A DNA stretch of 64,000 bases from a plasmid, in the sequence record AP025670.1. The stretch is one strand, 5' to 3'. This document shows positions 8,870 to 18,856 of this stretch, piece by piece (within the stretch, counting starts at the first letter, position 1; every line of letters starts with the position of its first letter). The translations under genes and the position numbers were made by a program. Below the pieces are notes generated by a model. It was given only the letters and a program-made list of their open reading frames with translations, searched no databases and had not been told where the DNA came from.

Positions 8870-9637
8870 ATGAAGCTCATAAAAATATCTTTATTGTCAA
8901 TAGTTCTCGCTGGCTGCGCCAGCAAGGCTCCTACAGTTCTCACGAACCCAGATCCAAGTCTTTCACCAAAGGAAGTTGCTTACCATGCTATTGGTAAGGA
9001 GTTAGTTGAAACTCCGCTTAAAATGCCAGAGTCTGGCGTTGACACTGGGGGGATTTATATATACAGAGTTCCCTTCGAGCAGGAAGGAGAAATCTCAATA
9101 AAAAGGTCATTTGCCGAACACTGCTTTAGTGCTGGCGGCCAAATTGTTGATGGGGCAATAGGGTTTGCCTGTGAAGCGCCAGATCATGGCGTTCTTTACT
9201 CGTACCAAACAAAATGGAACAACAAACTAAACAAGTTGGATTTGTTTATTTATTTCGTCCGTGGGTGGAACTTTAGTGATCCTGTTTATATTAAATACGC
9301 AAAGGAGAAGATGGCTAATTTCAGATCAGGCGTTGCGATGGTGAAGGCAGGTAATGTTAGGTATGAACAACAAAAAACAAATGAAGCAGCAATGTCTATG
9401 TTGAGCGACTATAACAAAGAGCGCCCTCTGATCGAATCCATAGGTGCAAGGATATGTATGAATGTGAACGGGGTCCCTGTTTATGGCATTTCTCAAGGAA
9501 CAGTTGGGCGAGACGGTAATATTCAAATACAAATTGCTCGCGTGAACAGTTTTGTTCCGGTGGCATACAAAAATCAGAGGTTGATACCTGGTGTTCTCAT
9601 CATAGATTCAGGGATTAACTGGAAGATGTGCGATTAG
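8870..9637 (+). CDS. Lipoprotein (signal 'LSIVLAGC'), 255 aa.
   Basis: Lipobox LAGC; strong AAAAGGAGAGG RBS. Confidence 0.6.
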   Translation: MKLIKISLLSIVLAGCASKAPTVLTNPDPSLSPKEVAYHAIGKELVETPLKMPESGVDTGGIYIYRVPFEQEGEISIKRSFAEHCFSAGGQIVDGAIGFACEAPDHGVLYSYQTKWNNKLNKLDLFIYFVRGWNFSDPVYIKYAKEKMANFRSGVAMVKAGNVRYEQQKTNEAAMSMLSDYNKERPLIESIGARICMNVNGVPVYGISQGTVGRDGNIQIQIARVNSFVPVAYKNQRLIPGVLIIDSGINWKMCD

Positions 9638-9665
9638 AGAACCGGGGCCGATGGCCCCGTTATTA

Positions 9666-10154
9666 TTACTTGCTGAAACTTGAACAATTGAGGTGGGATA
9701 GTGCTTGTTCGTAGCTGCCTTTTTTGTTCGTCTTACGCAGTTCCACCAGCTCAACAATCACTGGGCTTAAAGCCAGAGATTGGGGCTCCCAGACGCGCTT
9801 GCATTTGACCGCCATGTTGGCATTTACGTCTGTAACAACGTAGAGAAACTCAGGCGCTTCTTTCAATGTCCCCAGGCCCTTTGCCATATCCACAGCCTCA
9901 GAGTTCTTATAGCTTCGAGTAAAGCTCAGCTCGTCTTGGGGAATGTAGCTGGCAGTCGCCGCAGCCAAACCTGACGCCATGCCTTTACCTGCGCTTTTTG
10001 CAATGGCCGAGCTGGTAGCTAGAGTTGGCATGATGGCCTGGCCCATTTGGCTGGCGGATGCCGCCGCCAAGCCAGAGGCGATGTTCTTCCCTGCATCTTC
10101 GGCAATGGCTGAGCTGGTGGTGAGCATCGCAGTTAAAATGATTGTTCCAAACAT
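9666..10154 (-). CDS. Hypothetical protein with an N-terminal TM/signal segment and two tandem Ala/Ser-rich repeats (SSAIA..AGK..ASGLAAA). Immediately downstream of topB.
   Basis: The internal Met (MFGTIILT) with a GAGGAA RBS is preferred. The repeat is visible in the translation. Confidence 0.4.
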   Translation of the reverse strand: MFGTIILTAMLTTSSAIAEDAGKNIASGLAAASASQMGQAIMPTLATSSAIAKSAGKGMASGLAAATASYIPQDELSFTRSYKNSEAVDMAKGLGTLKEAPEFLYVVTDVNANMAVKCKRVWEPQSLALSPVIVELVELRKTNKKGSYEQALSHLNCSSFSK

Positions 10155-10168
10155 ACTTAATTCCTCTA

Positions 10169-12361
10169 TCAATCCATAAAGTCCGATTTTTTGAAGGGCA
10201 TAGTGCCTTTGCAATCGGGATAGGCGGTGCAGCCCCAGAACTTAGACGCTCGCTTCTTGCCTGGTGCTTTTCCTTTCCTGAGACGCATCGGGCTACCGCA
10301 ATCTGGGCAGTCTGGACAATCCTCAGCCGCGATACGCTTCTCGGGTTTCCCTCGGTTGTCTGGGAACGTCTTCTTGCAAGCCTCGTTCTGGCAGCCCCAG
10401 AAAAAACCGTTCTTCCCTTTGATCCGGTGCATCTCTCCACCGCAGTTGAAGCATTCGTGTGAAGGAGGCTTCGCGCCCTCGAAGGCTTTAGCCATCGCGC
10501 CACCTTCTTTGGTCAGAACCGGTGCGGCCACTTTGAGCTGCTCAACCATTTGGCAGATCCAGGAGGAAATCTGCTTCATGAAGACAGACATGTTCCCGGA
10601 GCCGGAGGCAACTTTCTCAAGCTCCTGTTCCCAAGCCGCAGTCATGCCGGGTGATTTGATGGCTGGTGGAAGCACTGCGATAAGCGCATGAGCCTTATCA
10701 GTTGCAAGCAGTACCTTTTTCTGGCGTTTGAAGTAGCCTTTATCAACAGCGCCCTGGATGATGCTTGCGCGTGTTGCTGGAGTGCCTAAACCGGCTGTGT
10801 CTTTGAGAATTTGCTTGAACTTCTCCTCAGTCACGAACCGGGCAATGTTCTCCATCGCGGCAAGCAATGTGGCTTCGGTGAAGTGCGGTGCTGGCCGCGT
10901 CATTTTGTTTGCCAGCTCGGCACCATTAAGCAAAGCGGGTTCGCCCTGGCTAACCCTGGGGAGCTTCTCTTGTTCAACCGGCGCGTCGGTGTCTTCCCCC
11001 TCGTCCTTGGGACTGCTTTCACTATCAGAAGCAAACAAAACCTTCCAGCCTTGTTTGGCAGGTGTCTTACCAGAGGCCGCAAAGAGGTGACGCCCACACT
11101 GCACCTCGATGGAGGTTTTGGTGAACTCGAACTCGCTGTAGAACTGCGCGATGTAGAAACGACGGATGGCGTCGTAAAGATTGAACTCGATCTCAGACAT
11201 GGCACTGATGTCTGTTCTGGCCGGTGTTGGGATGATCGCGTGGTGCGCGGTCACTTTGGCGTCATTGAATACCCTGGCCTTGCGATGAGGATCTGCGCCA
11301 GCCACCAGCCCAGAGACGTTCTGATCGGACAAAATGAGCGCCTGGAGAATGTCCGGAATGTCTTCCTTTTGGCTCTCGGGTAGATAACGACTGTCAGTAC
11401 GAGGGTAGGTGGTCGCTTTGTGCGTCTCGTACAGAGCTTGAGCTGCATCCAGTACCTGCTGAGCGGTGTATCCCCATCGTTTGCTTGCGTATTGTTGCAG
11501 CGACGTTAGATCGAAGGGGAGGGGGGCTGACTCTTTACCTGGTTTGGTTTCTGCTTTGCTGATAACAGCATTGGCACCATTGACCTGGGAGGCTACCTGC
11601 TCGGCATAGGCCTTATTGACGCACCGGCCTTGCTCGTCACTGCACTCTTCTGGTGGTATCCATTGGGCGGCAAACTGTCCATTCTGTACGGACACGTTCA
11701 CACCCAGAGTCCAGTATGGTGAGGGGGTGAAACCGGCGATCTCTCGGTCCCGTTGACAAACAAGAGCGACGGTTGGGGTGATAACCCTGCCAACGTGAAG
11801 AGTGTGGTTGAAGCCGACATCTCGGGCCAGCACTGTGTAGAGGCGGCTCACGTTCATGCCTACCAACCAGTCAGCGCGTTGCCGTGCCAATGCGGCGTAG
11901 TAGAGTGAGACCGTATCCTTGCCATCCTTTACGTTGTTCAGCGCTTTCTTGATGCTTGACTCATCGAGAGCCGTCAAACAAACCCGGCGAATAGGGCCAG
12001 AGTAGCGGAATCGATCCAGAAGCGAACGGGCGATAGCCTCACCTTCGCGGTCGTAGTCCGTTGAGATGTAGATGGTGCTCGCCTTTTTGACCAGTCCCTC
12101 AACAATTTTGTACTGTTTGAACGCACTCTTGCGAACGTTGTACCGCCATGACTCTGGTGCAATAGGGAGGGTCTCCAGTGACCATGACTTGTAGCGTTCG
12201 TCATAATCGTCTGGCATATACAATTCCAGCAGGTGGCCGAACGCCCACGTAATAACGCGGTTTCCTCCATCATGGAGAAATCCATCACCTCGTTGGGAGG
12301 CCTTCATTACGCCAGCCAAATCTTTGGCCTGAGAAGGCTTCTCGCAGATATAAAGGTCCAT
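10169..12361 (-). CDS. topB: DNA topoisomerase III (plasmid TopB) with C-terminal zinc ribbons.
   Basis: N-terminal Toprim 'MDLYICEKPSQAKD', a type IA topoisomerase core, and C-terminal CxxC..CxxC zinc-ribbon repeats. GAGGAG RBS. Confidence 0.9.
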   Translation of the reverse strand: MDLYICEKPSQAKDLAGVMKASQRGDGFLHDGGNRVITWAFGHLLELYMPDDYDERYKSWSLETLPIAPESWRYNVRKSAFKQYKIVEGLVKKASTIYISTDYDREGEAIARSLLDRFRYSGPIRRVCLTALDESSIKKALNNVKDGKDTVSLYYAALARQRADWLVGMNVSRLYTVLARDVGFNHTLHVGRVITPTVALVCQRDREIAGFTPSPYWTLGVNVSVQNGQFAAQWIPPEECSDEQGRCVNKAYAEQVASQVNGANAVISKAETKPGKESAPLPFDLTSLQQYASKRWGYTAQQVLDAAQALYETHKATTYPRTDSRYLPESQKEDIPDILQALILSDQNVSGLVAGADPHRKARVFNDAKVTAHHAIIPTPARTDISAMSEIEFNLYDAIRRFYIAQFYSEFEFTKTSIEVQCGRHLFAASGKTPAKQGWKVLFASDSESSPKDEGEDTDAPVEQEKLPRVSQGEPALLNGAELANKMTRPAPHFTEATLLAAMENIARFVTEEKFKQILKDTAGLGTPATRASIIQGAVDKGYFKRQKKVLLATDKAHALIAVLPPAIKSPGMTAAWEQELEKVASGSGNMSVFMKQISSWICQMVEQLKVAAPVLTKEGGAMAKAFEGAKPPSHECFNCGGEMHRIKGKNGFFWGCQNEACKKTFPDNRGKPEKRIAAEDCPDCPDCGSPMRLRKGKAPGKKRASKFWGCTAYPDCKGTMPFKKSDFMD

Positions 12362-12594
12362 TAAGCAGCTCCTCTCATCTTTGATTCCAGATTCGCCAGC
12401 TCAGCCCAGCTTTGGGCCAGACCTTTGACTTCGGGGTAGTCTCTGGAGAGGTTTTCGAGGACTCCAGAAATGACATAGGCCGCTTCGCGGGAATTACCCC
12501 TCGAACCGGCCTCCTGGAGCATGATTGATAAAGCGTCGAAGAGCTCAGCCTTACGGCTTGGCTCTGTCTGGTTTCTTATTTCAGAGCTTTGCAT
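12361..12594 (-). CDS. Hypothetical 77-aa protein, translationally coupled (TAATG) to topB.
   Basis: Its stop overlaps the topB start. Confidence 0.4.
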   Translation of the reverse strand: MQSSEIRNQTEPSRKAELFDALSIMLQEAGSRGNSREAAYVISGVLENLSRDYPEVKGLAQSWAELANLESKMRGAA

Positions 12595-13193
12595 GGGTTC
12601 ACCACTGAATAGGGACGCACGGACTCGCGCACAATGCGGCGATCTGCGTCAGTTACAGCCTGGCTGGTGCAAAAGTGCGTCCAGGCATTCAGATAATCTT
12701 GATAGGTGTGGGTAGGTGGTATGCAGCCGGTTACAACATCCTTGGGGATGTTTGTAGTCCCCTCGGCTTCCACAAAGCGCCAATCGTGCTCGTCCATACC
12801 TTTGCCGCCATCGCAATAGCGTTCCCAGCGTGACAACTCGTACAGCGAGTAGCCTTTGCCTTTATTCATGGACTTGAAGGTATTGATGGCTTCGTTCACA
12901 TCCCCGTGCTGCTTGATCCCTGCTGGAGTTTTATCTGAACCAGCGGAGTCATCTTTGACCTTGTTCATCGTTGCGCTGACATTACCGTCGCCCAGCACAT
13001 GGATATAACCAGGTTGACGTAATGCAGCACCACCGCGCCCCATGTTGTCCCATGCCATCGACAGTTCCCGGCTAACTCGGGCAGGTTTGTCATTTTCGGC
13101 AGGGGCAGTCTGGGGCTGAGGCTTTTGCTCGGGGGCGTTAGAGGCACACCCGGCCAGAATTGCCACTCCCAGAATTGCTATCAGTTGTCTCAT
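12576..13193 (-). CDS. Lipoprotein (MRQLIAILGVAILAGC...), about 205 aa.
   Basis: The internal Met with a GAGGAA RBS gives a classic lipobox. Confidence 0.5.
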   Translation of the reverse strand: MRQLIAILGVAILAGCASNAPEQKPQPQTAPAENDKPARVSRELSMAWDNMGRGGAALRQPGYIHVLGDGNVSATMNKVKDDSAGSDKTPAGIKQHGDVNEAINTFKSMNKGKGYSLYELSRWERYCDGGKGMDEHDWRFVEAEGTTNIPKDVVTGCIPPTHTYQDYLNAWTHFCTSQAVTDADRRIVRESVRPYSVVNPCKALK

Positions 13194-13316
13194 CGTGTCG
13201 TTCCTCATCAAAAATTGTCGATGAGCCCATTCTAAAAGGGGGGGGATGGAAAGCTGGTTTCTCAAACTGCCCAAATTGGACAGATAGGCGTGTGTGCGAT
13301 CTAAAGGTGTTTTGAG

Positions 13317-14759
<1,443 letters not shown>

Positions 14760-14815
14760 TCAGATTGACACTCTATCATTGATAGGGATATATTCCAACT
14801 CTATCAATGATAGGG
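14760..14815. promoter_or_regulatory. Divergent tet promoter region with two tetO palindromes (ACTCTATCATTGATAGGGA and ACTCTATCAATGATAGGGA).
   Basis: Operator palindromes between tetR and tetA. Confidence 0.7.
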
Positions 14816-14836
14816 AATTAACACAGGATCTGAAAA

Positions 14837-16021
14837 ATGAATAAACCCGCTGTCATCGCGCTGGTGATTACACTGCTGGACGCGATGGGAATTGGTCTGA
14901 TCATGCCGGTATTACCGTCACTGCTGCGGGAATATCTCCCGGAAGCGGATGTGGCAAACCATTACGGCATTCTGCTGGCGCTGTATGCGGTGATGCAGGT
15001 CTGTTTTGCTCCGCTGCTGGGCAGATGGTCAGATAAGCTGGGGCGCAGACCGGTGCTGCTGTTATCCCTGGCGGGTGCCGCGTTTGATTACACACTGCTG
15101 GCACTGTCCAATGTGCTGTGGATGTTGTATCTCGGGCGGATTATCTCCGGGATCACTGGTGCCACCGGCGCGGTTGCGGCTTCGGTAGTGGCGGACAGCA
15201 CGGCGGTCAGCGAGCGTACCGCCTGGTTCGGCCGTCTCGGTGCGGCCTTTGGTGCCGGGCTGATTGCCGGGCCGGCTATCGGCGGACTGGCGGGGGATAT
15301 CTCACCGCATCTGCCGTTTGTCATTGCGGCAATACTGAATGCCTGCACCTTTCTGATGGTCTTTTTTATCTTTAAACCGGCGGTACAGACAGAAGAAAAA
15401 CCGGCGGAGCAGAAACAAGAAAGCGCAGGTATCAGCTTTATCACACTGCTTAAACCTCTGGCGCTGTTGCTGTTTGTCTTTTTTACCGCGCAGCTTATCG
15501 GGCAGATCCCGGCCACTGTCTGGGTATTGTTTACGGAGAGCCGCTTTGCCTGGGACAGCGCGGCGGTCGGTTTTTCACTGGCGGGACTCGGGGCGATGCA
15601 TGCACTGTTTCAGGCGGTGGTTGCCGGGGCGCTGGCAAAACGGCTGAGTGAGAAAACCATTATTTTCGCCGGATTTATTGCCGATGCCACCGCGTTTTTA
15701 CTGATGTCTGCTATCACTTCCGGATGGATGGTGTATCCGGTCCTGATCCTGCTGGCAGGCGGCGGAATTGCACTGCCTGCATTGCAGGGCATTATCTCTG
15801 CCGGGGCATCGGCGGCAAATCAGGGAAAACTACAGGGTGTGCTGGTCAGCCTGACCAATCTGACCGGCGTGGCGGGCCCGCTGCTGTTTGCTTTTATTTT
15901 CAGTCAGACACAGCAGAGTGCGGACGGTACGGTGTGGCTGATTGGCACGGCACTGTACGGTCTGCTGCTGGCAATCTGTCTGCTGATCAGAAAACCGGCA
16001 CCGGTGGCGGCCACCTGCTGA
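14837..16021 (+). CDS. tetA(D): Tetracycline efflux MFS transporter TetA class D.
   Basis: 394-aa 12-TM protein 'MNKPAVIALVITLLDAMGIGLIMPVLPSLLREY...', divergent from tetR(D). Confidence 0.9.
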   Translation: MNKPAVIALVITLLDAMGIGLIMPVLPSLLREYLPEADVANHYGILLALYAVMQVCFAPLLGRWSDKLGRRPVLLLSLAGAAFDYTLLALSNVLWMLYLGRIISGITGATGAVAASVVADSTAVSERTAWFGRLGAAFGAGLIAGPAIGGLAGDISPHLPFVIAAILNACTFLMVFFIFKPAVQTEEKPAEQKQESAGISFITLLKPLALLLFVFFTAQLIGQIPATVWVLFTESRFAWDSAAVGFSLAGLGAMHALFQAVVAGALAKRLSEKTIIFAGFIADATAFLLMSAITSGWMVYPVLILLAGGGIALPALQGIISAGASAANQGKLQGVLVSLTNLTGVAGPLLFAFIFSQTQQSADGTVWLIGTALYGLLLAICLLIRKPAPVAATC

Positions 16022-16117
16022 CCGGCGCTATACGGGAGAGCATAAAAATGTGTGGGGTATCCCTTTAATCAATTAATATGATCGTTCTCGTATTGATTGT
16101 GACTAAGAGGAAAAATC

Positions 16118-16699
16118 ATGTCTGTCTATAAGGTCAAAGTGGCTATTCGAGATATTAGCCCGATGATTTGGCGACGTTTTCGTGTTCACAGTGACATGTC
16201 ACTTGGCGCTTTCCATTTTCTCCTGCAATTTGCATTTGGTTGGGATAATGGTCACCTTCATTCCTTTCATATTCATGGCAAAGACTACGGTATTAGCTAT
16301 GAAGGTGGATTGAGCTTTTATGATAATCCTTGGGCAATTTCGCTTGCCTCATTTCAGTTTGAAAATCGCGATAAATTTACTTATGAATATAATTTTTACC
16401 GACATTGGTTATTAGATATCCGTATTGAAGCAATTGAATCAAAAGGAAATAAAACCACGCCATTTTGTCTTGGTGGCGAAGGAATGCCCGATGCTACCGC
16501 ATATGATGAAACCGAAGCCACGATTAAACTTTTAGAAGCCATAGCAGAAAGTAATGACTACACGACCTGGGCAGATATTCAGGAGTTTATCGATGAATAC
16601 AACCGAGTCAAATTTAACCGCCAACGCCTCAATCAGTTATTAAAGCGTTATGATTTTGACACTCCGAACTATTCACAAGGCTTAGATTGGACTCTCTAA
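16118..16699 (+). CDS. pRiA4b ORF-3-like family protein (193 aa).
   Basis: 'MSVYKVKVAIRDISPMIWRRFRV...' resembles the plasmid pRiA4b ORF3 domain family; assignment from memory. Confidence 0.45.
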   Translation: MSVYKVKVAIRDISPMIWRRFRVHSDMSLGAFHFLLQFAFGWDNGHLHSFHIHGKDYGISYEGGLSFYDNPWAISLASFQFENRDKFTYEYNFYRHWLLDIRIEAIESKGNKTTPFCLGGEGMPDATAYDETEATIKLLEAIAESNDYTTWADIQEFIDEYNRVKFNRQRLNQLLKRYDFDTPNYSQGLDWTL

Positions 16700-16779
16700 A
16701 GGTATACTTTTACGTAAATAGAGATCTCTGTCCTTAAATTGTCTCTAAAGGTGGTATAAATTGGGGTTTAGAGAGTATT

Positions 16780-17373
16780 ATGAAAACCTCTATAACCTTT
16801 ATGGATTATTCTATGATTTATGCTTACATTCGTATCAGTTCTGCTGAGCAGAATTCCGCACGACAAGAAATTGCGATTCAAAATTCAGGTTATAAAGTCA
16901 AAACCGTTTTTACTGATATTGCCAGCGGCAAAGATACGCATCGACCCAATTTACAACAATTATTAGCGTTACTCGTATCTGGAGATATGTTAATTGTTCA
17001 TTCTATTGATCGTTTATGCCGTAATATGATGGATATGTGTTATTTAACGTTAGATCTGAAACAGCGAGGAGTTTCACTAATTTTTCTCAAAGAAAATATT
17101 TGCTTTTCAGCGAATGAAAACAATCCATTACAAGAGCTTCAATTGCATATGATGTCCGCATTTAGTCAATTTGAACGAGCGCTAATTAGGGAACGCCAAG
17201 CGGAAGGAATTGCGGCTAAAAAACATCGAGGGGAACAAACGGGGCGCCCTCCTGCAGATAAGCGTAAGGTTGTCATGGTTGATGAATTAAAAGCGAAAGG
17301 CATTCGTCTTAAATTAGCCTGCGATAACGTTGGAATAGGTGTTTCAACTTACTATAAGTTAAGGAAAAAATAA
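16780..17373 (+). CDS. Serine recombinase (resolvase/invertase family) with a C-terminal HTH.
   Basis: 'YAYIRISSAEQNSARQ' catalytic-serine motif and 'DRLCRN' core. An alternative start at 16813 is possible. Confidence 0.7.
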   Translation: MKTSITFMDYSMIYAYIRISSAEQNSARQEIAIQNSGYKVKTVFTDIASGKDTHRPNLQQLLALLVSGDMLIVHSIDRLCRNMMDMCYLTLDLKQRGVSLIFLKENICFSANENNPLQELQLHMMSAFSQFERALIRERQAEGIAAKKHRGEQTGRPPADKRKVVMVDELKAKGIRLKLACDNVGIGVSTYYKLRKK

Positions 17374-17394
17374 TCCATTAACTTTGGAGGTCGT

Positions 17395-18786
17395 ATGATG
17401 AAGATCGTAGTGACAGTAAAGGTTATACACGATGATGGTTCCGCCTATCAAGAAACCTTATTGACGTTACAGAAAACCGCCGAACAAGGTGAACCTTTGG
17501 GGTTATCCCTTAACGAATCAAAGATATTACTCAATAGTACTCAATTAGCCATTATACAGGCCCAAAGCCAATCCTACATGCAAGCGCATCGAGAATGCCC
17601 ACTCTGTCATCAACGTCGTCAAATAAAAGATCATCAGACCCGCCATTATCATACTTTATTTGGCGTCATTCCGATTAAAGGGCTTCGGCTTTACCGCTGT
17701 CGCTGTGAGACAAATAATACAAAATCAGTGAGTTTGCTCAGTGAATGGCTACCCGAAAATACCCATCCCGAACTAAAATATATTGAAGCTAAATGGGCGT
17801 CATTGATGTCTTATGATCTTACCGTCGATAGATTAAAAGATATTTTACCGATCAATAACGCGCTAAATGCTTCCACAGTACGTAATCACTTAATCAGCGT
17901 CGCTAAACGGCAAGAAGCTGAGTTAGCCGAGCAACCCGATTTTCTCGATAAATTCGCTTATGACAATAAGCAGTTGCCTCGTCCAGGAAAACCGATGGTG
18001 ATTGGGTTTGATGGTGGTTACGTCCGAGATTGCCATAACCGAAAAAACAATTTTGAAATCATTACAGGAAAAGCTTACGCTGAAAACCTTCAAGCAAAAC
18101 GGTTTGGCTATGTTCACACATTTGAAAACAACCCAAGAAAACGCTTGCTTTCTGTACTTAATGCTCAAGGAATGCAAACGAACCAACAGATATCATTTTT
18201 GTCGGATGGGGCTGATAATTTGAGAATGATGCAAATCGGTATTTATCCCGAGGCCGAGCATATTTTAGATTGGTTTCATATTAGTATGCGCCTAACAGTG
18301 CTTAACCAGTGTGCTAAAGGTCTTGGCTCACAATCCTCAGGGATTGGTATAGAATTAAGAGATTTACTTGAAAAAACAAAATGGTACTTATGGCATGGTA
18401 ATGTCGATGAGGCGTTAGATAAGCTAGATAGTTGTTTATATATTTGTGATGAAGAAGAAGATAGCCAAGTTTATAAAAACAGTAAAAAAATGGTACGGTA
18501 TTTAGGGGAAGTGATAACTTATATTGATAATAACCAAGCTATGATCCCAAATTATGGGGAACGGTATCGCTATGGTGAACCCATTTCAACGGCATTTGTG
18601 GAATCAACAGTAAATGAAGTTATTGCAAAACGAATGGCAAAAAAACAGCAAATGCAGTGGAGCCAAGAAGGCGCACATTATCTTTTACAAACCCGAGTGG
18701 CCGTTTTAAATGATGAATTAGAGGGCATCTTTTACCGTTGGTATCCTAAACTAAGTAGCACTAAGTTAGATACAATGGCTGCGTAA
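17395..18786 (+). CDS. Transposase-like protein (463 aa) with an ISL3-type zinc-finger signature (CPLCHQRRQIKDH...LRLYRCRCE).
   Basis: Zn-finger motif recognised by eye. Size and position inside an inverted-repeat-bounded unit support a transposase, but the family is unverified. Confidence 0.45.
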   Translation: MMKIVVTVKVIHDDGSAYQETLLTLQKTAEQGEPLGLSLNESKILLNSTQLAIIQAQSQSYMQAHRECPLCHQRRQIKDHQTRHYHTLFGVIPIKGLRLYRCRCETNNTKSVSLLSEWLPENTHPELKYIEAKWASLMSYDLTVDRLKDILPINNALNASTVRNHLISVAKRQEAELAEQPDFLDKFAYDNKQLPRPGKPMVIGFDGGYVRDCHNRKNNFEIITGKAYAENLQAKRFGYVHTFENNPRKRLLSVLNAQGMQTNQQISFLSDGADNLRMMQIGIYPEAEHILDWFHISMRLTVLNQCAKGLGSQSSGIGIELRDLLEKTKWYLWHGNVDEALDKLDSCLYICDEEEDSQVYKNSKKMVRYLGEVITYIDNNQAMIPNYGERYRYGEPISTAFVESTVNEVIAKRMAKKQQMQWSQEGAHYLLQTRVAVLNDELEGIFYRWYPKLSSTKLDTMAA

Positions 18787-18818
18787 ATACCCCACACATT
18801 TTTATGCTCTCGCTATAC

Positions 18819-18856
18819 GGGGTCTGACGCTCAGTGGAACGAAAACTCACGTTAAG
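18819..18856. repeat. Tn3-family 38-bp terminal inverted repeat (GGGGTCTGACGCTCAGTGGAACGAAAACTCACGTTAAG), left end.
   Basis: Exact Tn3/Tn2 IR sequence. Confidence 0.9.

Larger units (their letters stand above)
16023..18818 (+). mobile_element. Putative transposable element of about 2.8 kb bounded by imperfect inverted repeats (24/24 core GAGAGCATAAAAATGTGTGGGGTA at 16036-16059 and reverse-complement at 18789-18812). It encodes three genes, abuts the tetA(D) stop on one side and the Tn3 IR on the other, and is not assigned to a known IS.
   Basis: The terminal inverted repeats are found directly in the sequence. Gene content is recombinase plus transposase-like. Confidence 0.45.
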
